The position numbers and the translations under genes are program-made. Shown here piece by piece: positions 37,701 through 47,641 of a stretch of DNA of 64,000 nucleotides; position 1 is the first letter of the stretch; each line of letters opens with the position of its first letter. Origin of the DNA: Marsupella aquatica (lineage: Eukaryota > Plantae > Marchantiophyta); assembly GCA_973895155.1 (NCBI GenBank), contig OZ316892.1, positions 15,430,861 through 15,494,860 of the forward strand. Reading direction: 5' to 3'. The notes under the pieces are model-generated. The model did not search any database, was not told where the DNA came from, and saw only the letters and a program-made list of their open reading frames with translations.

Positions 37701-39489
37701 GATCATCGCCCTCATCTGAAATGTCCTCTCATTATCCAGTGCACGAGTGACATCTATGGTCACTGCCCCAAACTCCCATAGCTTTTGCAATTCTTCATAA
37801 GCTGGAGCCAAACAAATATCCGGATTCTTACACGCTTGAGGACCAGGAATGATAGCGAGGAGAAGAACATGACCTTTCTTCATCGCCAACCATGGAGGGA
37901 TATTCTGATTTATCAAGAGAACTGGCCATATGGACTTAGGCTTGCGTCGTTGCTTGTATGGGTTTACCCCATCTATTGCCAACCCCAATCAAACATTCCG
38001 CGGCTCCAGAGAAAAATCAGGCCAAGTGGTGTCAATATGCTTCCACGCTGGGCTATCGTGGTGATACCGCATAATCCCTGGTGGGGACTTGTTCTCAGCT
38101 AGCATGCCAAGTTTGGAGTGCCAATAGATGTTTCCGTCGATACAGATGTTGTAGTCGGGGTGTGATTGGGAAATACCTGAAGACCTGCAAAAACCACAGT
38201 CACAACGAACCCTCCGACGTTAATTGAGATTAAACGTTGAACAAATCATCGTGTTACCTTAAATACCTTGTGATACACGAGGTAAATTGAGACGACGTTC
38301 ATAACGTCGGTAGGTTTAAAGTAACCTCGTCAGTAATGATGTTAATAATTTTACGTCGTTGAGTAAGACGTAAGGTACGTCGTATATACTATGATACATA
38401 AGATACCTCCTGATATACGTTGTAAAAGTTTGTTACGTTAACCTAGATGACGTTAAATGGGAAAAAGCCGCACTAGACAATTTAAACAATGTTTTTTGAA
38501 ACGTAACTCTATGGACTCCTACATTAATTTTGTAACAAATGTCTTCCGATCATAGCAGGAGATCTTATCTCACCTTCTTTGGAATTTTTTTGCCAATGGT
38601 GTCGGGCCGGTATCGTGGAAGCTTACATTGTGTCTCTAGGCACTCTATGTGGTCCATGTATGTCCCTCTGTACAGGATGCATCCACTTGGACACATATGG
38701 ATAGTCTCTAAAGCCAATCCAATTGAGGTTAACAACTTCTTAGCTTCCCTCACACAACCACGAAGAGTGTTTGGTTGGGGCAAGAGTTTTTGGTGGAATA
38801 GCTGGAAGAGTGCATCTGTATGGACGTATGAAGTGTTGAAAACTCCCTGCAAATTCAACATCAGCAAAGTGGCACCCAACCTGCATTTCGTGAAACCAGG
38901 GGATAATTAGTTTGAGGTATGACATTGGGTGTGGCCTGTACAAGTTCATAAGTAGAGTCTTGGGCTGGATCAAACCCTAAATTCATTAAATATTGTGAAA
39001 AAAAGAAGCATACCGTGATGATGGAGAATCCAAGAAGAGTGGAGTTCTGTCTTCCATTTCCACCTGGTCCCAATCATCCTGGTCTACTTCCATGGTAGGC
39101 CTCATGTCCTCAGGTGCATGTGGTCCAAAGTGAACGTCCACAAGGTGGGCAAAAGCATCCTCTTCAAGAATGGGTGCATCCCCCTCATCTCCATCATCCT
39201 CATCAAACTCTCCATCATATGCATCATGGTACTCCTCATGGTCACTATCCAAATCATCAGGCTCCAAGTCATCATCTTCATCATCATCAAAATTTAGAGT
39301 GGCACGTAGGTGAAAGGCACGCGCTGACATTGTCATCATGGATGGGTGAGGTGTAGGAGTAACATATGCACCATCCTATAATTGTGAAATCCAATATTTG
39401 ATACAAAGTCATATATAATCAAACGCAATAAACGACACAACAATGTATTATGCAACAATGGGTCCATAAATTACAAATATGTCATATCG

Positions 39490-40299
39490 TCAATGTCGAT
39501 CATAATCTACAAGAATCTCTTCCCCTGCTCTAATGGTGAGGGTAGCATGGGTCAAGATGTAATGCGTACAAGCCATGGGCAAATGAGGGTGAGTCTGGTC
39601 ATGGTACTCATGCCACTCAGCGTTTGGCCTAAAACCTGAACGCCGAGAACCCAATGTGCTATTGATGTAACCCGCCAGGTTTCCAGTGCGCGGCGGGTAA
39701 CCATCCATCTGAGCATACCTAGGGTCAAGCTTGACCGACATGCCATATCGACCAAAGGTCGGACATTGTTGAGACAAGATGCGCCATCGTTGAGCAAAAT
39801 ACTTAGGCCCATAGAATGGAAAGAGCTGAGGCAAGTCCTTGGGCGCACAACCATTAGGGACCACAATATCTACAAGCGCAAATAATCCAAGCCCTACACC
39901 AGGGCCCAATGTGGAGGGGAGGAGGACCCATGGGCGATCCCAAACTATGATAGGCTCCCTAATTGGAAGGTCCACAGGGAGCCCAAATTGGGTAGGGAAG
40001 GAGTCCTTTACAATGTCCAAGGCTCTCCCATGCAACTCTCTCGGTGCCCGAGCAATAGATGCATCAAGAAAAGGACAATGTGGTGGCCTCTCCCTAGGCG
40101 GACGAGACTCCAAAGACCGTGGTCTGGTATTGACCATGACTCCCCTCTCAATAGGGTGCACCTGTGAAACCCTCCTATCAAAAACACGGTCTATTGCCCT
40201 CAAAGTGGCATCTAGAGCTGATGGGGGCACCAGTGCAGTCAGAGCTCGACGTGCAACCTCTCTCATTCTGTCCTTAGGAGGTGACGGCACAACCAGAAT
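39490..40299 (-). CDS. SET-domain (lysine methyltransferase-like) terminal exon nested in the transposase intron; predicted ~444-aa protein when spliced to exon 40954-40430
   Basis: PSTLGPGVGLGLFALVDI, FYG, GNLAGYINS...PNA and ATLTIRAGEEILVDY are SET motifs. A GT-AG intron 40429-40300 (130 nt, phase 0) joins it in frame to transposase exon 1. The reading frame is intact. Confidence 0.85.
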   Translation of the reverse strand: MLVVPSPPKDRMREVARRALTALVPPSALDATLRAIDRVFDRRVSQVHPIERGVMVNTRPRSLESRPPRERPPHCPFLDASIARAPRELHGRALDIVKDSFPTQFGLPVDLPIREPIIVWDRPWVLLPSTLGPGVGLGLFALVDIVVPNGCAPKDLPQLFPFYGPKYFAQRWRILSQQCPTFGRYGMSVKLDPRYAQMDGYPPRTGNLAGYINSTLGSRRSGFRPNAEWHEYHDQTHPHLPMACTHYILTHATLTIRAGEEILVDYDRH

Positions 40300-40723
40300 C
40301 TGTTCCACATGTAAGCAAGAAAATCTCAACATGCCAGCAAACTTGAGCATTCATGATTGAAGGCAAAGTACTCCAACCTTGTGATAGTTAAAGTTAAGCA
40401 AATGGTTTTGCAATAAGAAGGAAACTCACCTCGGGTATTGGTGGTACATGACGACCATGCATCCCTAAATGGCTAACGACAGTAGTCCTCTCGTGAGATA
40501 CAACACCCTTGCATCGTCTACAAGGGCAAGGCATCTTCTGGACTGGTCCAATCCCATGAAGAGCAGCCATGGCCTCTCCAAACCCCTCGTCCAAAGAGGA
40601 AGGTGAGCTGTGACCATGGGGCTCTGGATGACGATGAACGTCATATGGCCGATGGGGGCTCCTATCTCTCCTATCCTCCTGCCTCCGTTGATGGCGATGA
40701 CGTCGGGATCTACGACGTCTCGA

Positions 40724-40870
40724 CCTCCTCCGCTCTGGCAAGTAGTCCCTCCTCCTCTCCGAAGAGTAGTCCCTCCTCCTCTCCTGAGAGTAGTCCCTCC
40801 TCCTTCTCGGCGAGTCGTCCCTCCTCCGCTCTGGCGAGTAGTCCCTCCTCCTATGAGGAGAATAATCCCT
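40724..40870 (-). repeat. 24-bp coding tandem repeat (~6 copies) encoding RRRDYSPE-like units
   Basis: RDYSPHRRRDYSPERRRDDSPRRRRDYSQERRRDYSSERRRDYLPERRR in ORF 40394-41002. Confidence 0.9.
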
Positions 40871-41421
40871 ATCCCTATCATGATGCCAGTATCTGCGACC
40901 AACAATCGTATCCCCATCATCTATGTCATCGGACAGAGAGTCATAGATCACCATGTCCTGCAACCAATAAAACCATCTCTCATTTGAGAAAAACCTATAC
41001 AAAACCCCTCACAAAAACCCATCCTTAAAACCCTACAAATTACAACCTAATATTAGTTTTAACGTCGTTTTTTTCAAAAACCCTAACATTTAACGTCCCG
41101 CTTAAACCCTGTCCGATGTCGATTACATCTTACAGAATGACGTTCCTAAACTTAACGTCGTTTAGGACAAGGTGCTCACAGGAAACGTTGTTTGGAAGAG
41201 ACGTAAACAGGACATTAAAGCGACATTAAAGAGACGTTAAAGAGACGTTAAAATGACATAAATTGCAAGAAACGGCAAGCCCGCAAGGTTAAGTGTTTCC
41301 CTGGTCATTTCCTTCAGAAAACATCGGGGTTGTGTTCGAATGCGAGTCACATTCGACATTCCCCAATGCACCTCTAATCCTCACCTCTCTTGGTCTCCTC
41401 TACCTCACAGAATCGCCCGCC

Positions 41422-43471
41422 ATGTCTCATCCAGGCTACCTTCCATGCAGTGTGAACTTTGATGCAGTGAAGGTGGCCATGGAGGATCTAGAGGAGATGG
41501 AGAAGGTGCATACAGCACTACGTTTGACACATTCACTAGTTCAGGCCTTCAACCATAGCTGGCAATTCATGGGAGGATAGGGAACGAAGGAGTCCAGGTT
41601 TATAGAGTACCTGGAGAGTATTGAGGCCAATGCTCCCGACCAAGAGGAGGTGGCCGAGGTTGAAGCGCCAGATGTCGTTGGAGAGCTTGATGGGGCATCG
41701 ATTGATCCGCTGCCTACATTCCCAGCACTAGCAGACGATGGTTGGGACGATCCAACCTTCTGTGAGATCCAGCTAGATTCTCAGGCAACTGCTCAAACCC
41801 CTATCAAGAGTCAAGTGAGGATCGCACATGAGAGATACAGGGCAGACGATGAGAGGAGGGACCGTCGAGCACATAGGAGGAGGAGGCAATCTCGGTCTTT
41901 GTCAAATAGCAGCACTGAAAGGAGAAGGCGAAAGGGGAAAGGAACCAATGAGCACAATGCAGAGACATCAAGGTCAAAGAGACGTAGGGGAGATCGACAT
42001 CATGGAGCATAGAGGAGAAAGGAGCACTCACATTTAGAGCGGCGATCACATCCTCAACAAGCTCCTGCCAGCAAGGAGCACCTCCCCACCATCACCCTTG
42101 CTGCTTTTGATGCAAGGCCGGACGTTTTGGATGAGAAAGCACTCACAAACAGAGTGCAGACCTGTGTAACTAAACACTGCCTTGGTTGGACGACCTGGAA
42201 GGAGCTGGTACATAACGAAAAGAAGTTCCAAGTGCTCCTGAATGATGTGCAGGCTGGATTCAGAAATGGGCGAGAGATTGACTACCCCCACATCAGGAAG
42301 AAGATTGTGAATCACCTTGCTGATCGACGGTTCAGGTGGAGAGCAAAGGTGTGCAAACTCAGGTGCATAAGGACGGGGGAGTATAAGAAACCCGATGGCA
42401 TGAGCGAAGCTGACTTCAAATTGATTGTCAGTGAACTCGAAGCAGCCCCGGACACCCTAGTTGGAAAGCGAGTGCGTATGGGAGACAAGGCCACTGCTGT
42501 TTGAAAAGCGAGTGGCAAGAAGGTGACGAATTTCTGGGGGCAGGGAGGATGGGGAGGATTTCTTGCAACCTATGTAAGTTCTCTTCCATTTCACATTGCG
42601 CAATCATTCAAATCAATGCCTTGTGGTGCTGCTTCGGTGTGAAACAGTAATTAACGTCGTTCTTTTAGATTAACGTCTCCATTGCCAAATTGAACGTCGC
42701 TCAAATCGTCATATTTCACCCTTTACGTCTCACGAGATGACGTTACACTACCCCTAACATTGTTGTTGCGACATTAATGCCATCGAGTAATATGTAACAT
42801 TGTTTGGGACGACGCAACTAGTTTAACATAGTAGTGAGGTGTGTAAAGTACCTCCTCTTGAACGACGTAATGTGACTTTTGCTGCAGAAGCAAAAGTATG
42901 GCCGAGATGCCCACCCAAGTGAGCAAGAGCGCTTGTACTCCAAGCGATATGGCCCGGCAGCCCTATGGGCAAAGCTTGATTCAACTCCCGAAGACTTCCC
43001 AGTAAGTAGTGATGTCTTGGCTACATTGTATTAACACCATTCCATAGACATGGAGTGAAAGCGTATCTTGTGCCAACCTAGACTAAAACCGTTCTTGTAT
43101 ACAGGTGGATTGGACTGCACCAGAGGGTTTAGTAGCATGACCCATTGCAGAGGATGAGGATGCTGACACTGTCCCGCTTGAGGCGGGTACCCAGGAGGAG
43201 GCCTCGGTACCATGCGGACAGCATGGTGGGACTTCTCGTGATCTTTTCCCTGAAGGAGGACGAGGGAGATAGAGAAAGACGGAGAGATAGAGAGAGGAGG
43301 AGGAGCAGTGGTGAGAGGCATTCCACTAGGGTACCTTGTAGCACTAGAACAACAAGAAGCAAGGCTGCGCCGGAGCCAGATAGTAGTACCTCAGAGCAGG
43401 ATGACCAGAGGTACGAGTTGCGCCGGCGAGGCGGACAGTCAGGACGTGATAGGCAATCTCAACGACATTAG
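41422..43471 (+). pseudogene. TnpA-like (Ptta/En/Spm, Transposase_24-like) gene, divergent from the transposase
   Basis: One frame 41422-42573 is broken only by TAG/TAG/TGA, each explicable by C>T. It reads WKELV...F...IRKKIVNHLADRRFRWR...KPDGMSEADFKLIV...WGQGGW. GT-AG introns lie at 42574-42887 and from 43002. Confidence 0.7.
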
Positions 43472-44148
43472 CTAGGAGGCCTAATTTTGTATGTTACATC
43501 TCGGATTTGTATTCAAAACACTCATTTGTGGTGGCATATCATTCTAGGTTACAATGTGTATAATGAATGCATGTATTCTATATTGAACCAGAACAACAAC
43601 CCGAACCAGTCACGTACTACCGTGCCTAATCACGTATACTACCGTGCCTAATCGTGTATACGTCCTGTTGTGTTACACTCTTAACTGTTCCGAACATCAT
43701 GATGGACTATGTTCCCCAATGTACGTCCGCATACAGAAGTAGATAACCATGTTATTTACTGTGTAGACCGTACCAAACGTCATAAGAAATGTCACACTTA
43801 ACCAACTAAACTACGTTGCACCCGTTAAACATGGTGTCTTACATGGCAATGCACAACGTATCAAACTTGGTTAAACAATGTCTAACGTCATTTCTAGCCA
43901 CGTCAATAGGCCATGTTATCAACAATGGCGCGTTGATGTTAACGTCGTCTAATACAATGTTAAGTAGAGAACGTCTCAGTCGGCGACGTTAAGTATGTTG
44001 TGTAATGCTACATTAAGAACGTTAGGGTGTACATTGTTAGTAACGTCGCTACTTAAACATCGTTGGGTGGGACTTTTCCACACGTCGGTTGAACGTCGCA
44101 ATTAACGTCTGCTTAAATTACGTTAATCAAGCAGATAATGTAGTTGTG

Positions 44149-44751
44149 AATGACATAACCACAGTGAGGAAGCGAGGGTGGGTGGATAAATTGATGGGCG
44201 TAAAGGGCCGTCCAAAGTGTATTGGGAAGACGGGAGATGTCATAGCTAACAAGGAGAACATGCCATCATATCCGGACGGGGACCCACGCAATTCTGTATG
44301 CGGTGTTCATAAGCCAGAGAAGATGGTGAAGAAGACCAAAGAAAAACAACCATCATTCCAGGGAAAATTTGATGTGGAGACGGTTGAGACGCTACGGGAC
44401 ATGTGCAAATCTATCTTAGATAGACTACATTCCATGGATCCACAAACCAATCATGTAAAACGTGAAGCACCTAGCAGCGCCACAAGAAAGAGAGGACGTC
44501 CCGCAAAAAGCAGATCAACGTCACCGTTCCCGATTGAGAAAGTCCTCACCCAGGCGTCTCAAAATATGCCCCTCAAACGCCCTCTATGCAAACAAACCGT
44601 TGACATGCTAGGCCAAGTTTGGGTAGGCTCGAGCGCAGCCTGGGCAATGGCACCCAACTTTGCAGAGGTTGTTCATGCATTTTTGTTGGGAAATGTAAAT
44701 AGCACTGTAGTGTTGAGTCCAGAAGCCATAGTGTCCATCGTAGAAGAGTAG
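44149..44751 (+). pseudogene. 3' part of the SWIM/MULE transposase gene split by the En/Spm insertion
   Basis: In frame with ORF 33400-33723 across the AAT TSD. It has an AT-hook-like RKRGRPAK. Confidence 0.8.
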
Positions 44752-46620
44752 TTGCCGCCCATGACCGGGGCTGACATGGAAACGATGCTATAAATAAAAG
44801 TTGCCACACTTTTTGGTTGCCAAAAGCTGCCATGTTACTATCTTATCATGGTCACATTACATTGTGAGGCAAGTCATGTAAATTCAGTAATGCACGCGGA
44901 ATGCTTCGTTGGCTTGGTTCTTCGGGAATGGATAAATAATGTTTGTGATCGGATCATCTTTGCGAGGTACACTAGTTTCCTGACAGCGCAGCCAACCAGA
45001 CTTGCAAGTCTTATTCATGTTAACAAATGTAATTGTAATGAGGTATAGTGCAAGTAATTATCTTGTATCATTGAAATTGGGCTCCTTTATATAAGAGTTT
45101 GGCAAATACATGATGAGCGATCAACATATAACCATGTAATACAAAGGGTCTTGCACTACAGTATATAATTGCCTTGTATATTTAGGCAGGTACAAAAACT
45201 CGTTGTTGTGACATCCTTCACTAACTCCTTTGTTACCCGAATGAAAACCTCAGGTTACATACACTGAAACCAGTGTAATACAATGTTTGTTGCTCTGAAC
45301 TACTCTACTCAGATTATGCTATGATTACGGTTCACATGCCGGTGCTGGCAAGAAATAATCAGGAGAAGCTGTTGTTGGTAATGGAGGTGGGGCGTTCAAA
45401 TCATAAACATGATCGGCAGGCACGTGGACTACATCGTCCTCAGCAATTGAAGTAACTTCAATGCAAATTGAGGCTGCATGAACATCTTCAATTGCAAGTT
45501 CACTTGACGTAAAGCTGGGAGGAATGCGAGTGGAACTTCTAACTCCATTTCGACCTTCCCTTCCAACCTACCACCTTCTTTCTCATGTGCTTCCCACTCA
45601 CAACTAATCACCATCACCATCTTCCCACCAATCAATTGATTACAACAACATTCGTTTGCTTGAAGGTGCGGAATCAAATTTGTACCAAAAGCTAGAAAGC
45701 TGCAGACCCCCCTCCGGCATCCGATTTTTCTCTCACCAACCAGACCTTGGTTGGTGCTCATAATTTTCCAGAAGGTGCGCCTACTTCCCTTCTACCTCCA
45801 CAAAAACTATCAGCAAATTTGGTCAAGCAAATGTGGCTCCAGAAAATATTTGGTGTTGCTGATTTTTCTTACCATGAGTTTTCCGCGATTTTGACTTCGA
45901 CAACTTGTGATTCGACATTATCTCTCCAATTCGACTTGTCTTTCCAGGCCACGATTGCTTCACTTCATTTCTTGCAACTGATGACCACCTAATCCACCAT
46001 ATCTCATCAATCAATTGTTGATGGAGTCTTCACTCCTACCTAACTCCATATCTCAATCAGTCTTATCACCAACTAAGTAATTTCCTATTTCTTCCTTTAC
46101 TCCTTTGATTCATCTACCTCTTCTTTCCTCTTCTTTTGACTACCCTCATCCACATGAGAGTACCATCTTTAGGAGTACCCCTCTTTTCACTCATGAGTAC
46201 CCCCCCGGTTAACTCGCAACAAAATGGCCAAACGGCTTAGCGGCCTAGTGGTTTTGCGGTAAAACTACTAGACGCCTATTCCTTGCAATTTTAAAAAATC
46301 TAACCTGAACTCCGTTTGTGCTGAAATTTTTCCAGTGCGTTTTCTCTACCTATAATCTATTGTTGAGTATAGACGATGATCGCAACGGCAAGCCCATGAA
46401 CCATCCACCGCACAATAGTCGACACAAGAGATACGTGGTTCACCTCCTTGAGGCTACGTCCACGGGAACACACAAGAGAGCTTTACTGAACTCTAAGCCC
46501 ATCGGCTATACCGAGTCTCCACAGTGTAAGCTCTCCCTATCTCTCAAGTGGCTCCATAACAATGAGCCTTGGTTCTACCTCTCCAAGCACACATGCCTCT
46601 TATGATATAGTGTGCAACTT

Positions 46621-46853
46621 AGTTGTACCTAACCACATAGTTGTACCTAACCACATAGTTGTACCTAACCACATAGTTGTACCTAATCACGTAGTTGTAC
46701 CTAACCACATAGTTGTACCTAATCACGTAGTTGTACCTAACCACATAGTTGTACCTAATCACGTAGTTGTACCTAACCACATAGTTGTACCTAATCACGT
46801 AGTTGTACCTAACCACGTAGTTGTACCAACCCACGTTGTTGTACCAACCACGT
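46621..46853. repeat. 18-bp tandem array (13 units) in the 3' LTR U3
   Basis: AGTTGTACCTAACCACAT (A) and AGTTGTACCTAATCACGT (B) in the order AAABABABAB, followed by 3 diverged units. Confidence 0.97.
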
Positions 46854-47080
46854 CATACCTAACCTAGACGTAAGAGTAAATACCCAACAATCTTCCCCTT
46901 GACTCTGGTCTAGGGGAGAGTAATACTGCCAATGTATATGATCCCTCAGCGGGAAGTTCTGGACAGAAACCAAACCGGTTTCCCTCTCTAACTAGAGCAA
47001 ACCAGAACTAAGCCGTAGCCTAATACATAGGAATGAGGAAGAGCATATATCAGTAATTACAATGAATGTTTAAGAAAACT

Positions 47081-47641
47081 CTACTTGTGATGCAATTGCA
47101 AAACCTGCAATACGTCACGGTGTCTAGAGAAACTCTCCAAAGGAATCACTTTGGTAAATGCGTCAGCCGGGTTGAGTTTACCATCAATCTTGACTAGCTC
47201 AAACAATTTATCAGACACAGCCTGCCTGATAAAATGGTACCTGACGTCAATGTGCTTCACTCTGCTGTCCATCACCTGGTTCACAGCAAGGTGGAGCGCA
47301 CTTTGACTATCACAATGGAGCTTCACATTCCCCTGTGGCAATCCCATTTCAGTGATAAGTCTATCCAACCAAATCGCTTCCTTTGCTGCTTCCGCAGCTG
47401 CAACATACTCCGCTTCTGTAGTAGACTGAGCAATACACTTCTGCAAAGTAGACCTCCAACTTATGCATCCACCGCCAAGTATGAACACGTATCCTGTTGT
47501 TGATCTCCTTCGGTCCAAATCTTGTCCATAGTCAGAATCAACATAGCCAATCAATGATTTAGCATTCTTTGCATTCGCATCAAATAAAAGACCATGATCC
47601 ACGGTACCCTTCAAGTACCTGATAATCCACTTCACTGCTTC
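47081..47641 (-). CDS. Copia RNase H region (C-terminal pol, separated by a TGG>TAG nonsense codon)
   Basis: GYVDSDYG...STTGYVF...STTEAEYVA...CDSQSA...KHIDVRYHFIR...NPADAFTK, in the same frame as 47642-50308. Confidence 0.93.
   Translation of the reverse strand, partial: EAVKWIIRYLKGTVDHGLLFDANAKNAKSLIGYVDSDYGQDLDRRRSTTGYVFILGGGCISWRSTLQKCIAQSTTEAEYVAAAEAAKEAIWLDRLITEMGLPQGNVKLHCDSQSALHLAVNQVMDSRVKHIDVRYHFIRQAVSDKLFELVKIDGKLNPADAFTKVIPLESFSRHRDVLQVLQLHHK

Larger units (their letters stand above)
35425..40954 (-). pseudogene. En/Spm TnpD-like DDE transposase (Transposase-associated Zn finger, Transposase_21, DUF4218/DUF4216), multi-exon
   Basis: Exon 40954-40430 (CPCRRC...SHL), then 39375-39014, 38880-38574 (IHMCPSGCILY) and 38184... 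(VFRYFPITPRLQ, RNV*LGLAIDGVNP). Downstream exons carry GLKSHDYH, VFPPCIFDMQLHLLCHL, GPMHARWMY and YCGIVLDI...VKDECGF...FPSQVDQC. Nonsense and frameshift lesions are present. Confidence 0.93.
33724..44148. mobile_element. En/Spm (CACTA-superfamily) DNA transposon, 10,425 bp, with CACAA termini
   Basis: 12-bp perfect TIR CACAACTACATT / AATGTAGTTGTG with 3-bp TSD AAT (33721-33723, 44149-44151). Excision restores the host frame IPVEGN|DITTVRKRGW. It encodes a TnpD-like transposase and a TnpA-like protein. Confidence 0.95.

Noticed and set aside
39839-41028. Plus-strand ORFs opposite the SET and Arg-rich exons
   Set aside because: They are antisense shadows of the minus-strand coding exons and of the 24-bp repeat.
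45400-46200. Possible extra 3' ORF of the gypsy element
   Set aside because: Too many stops and no recognisable motif, so a call cannot be supported.
46621-46853. CRISPR-like array, or VVPNH/RYNYVV repeat proteins
   Set aside because: The units abut with no unique spacers, they lie inside eukaryotic LTRs, and the ORFs are by-products of an 18-bp period.
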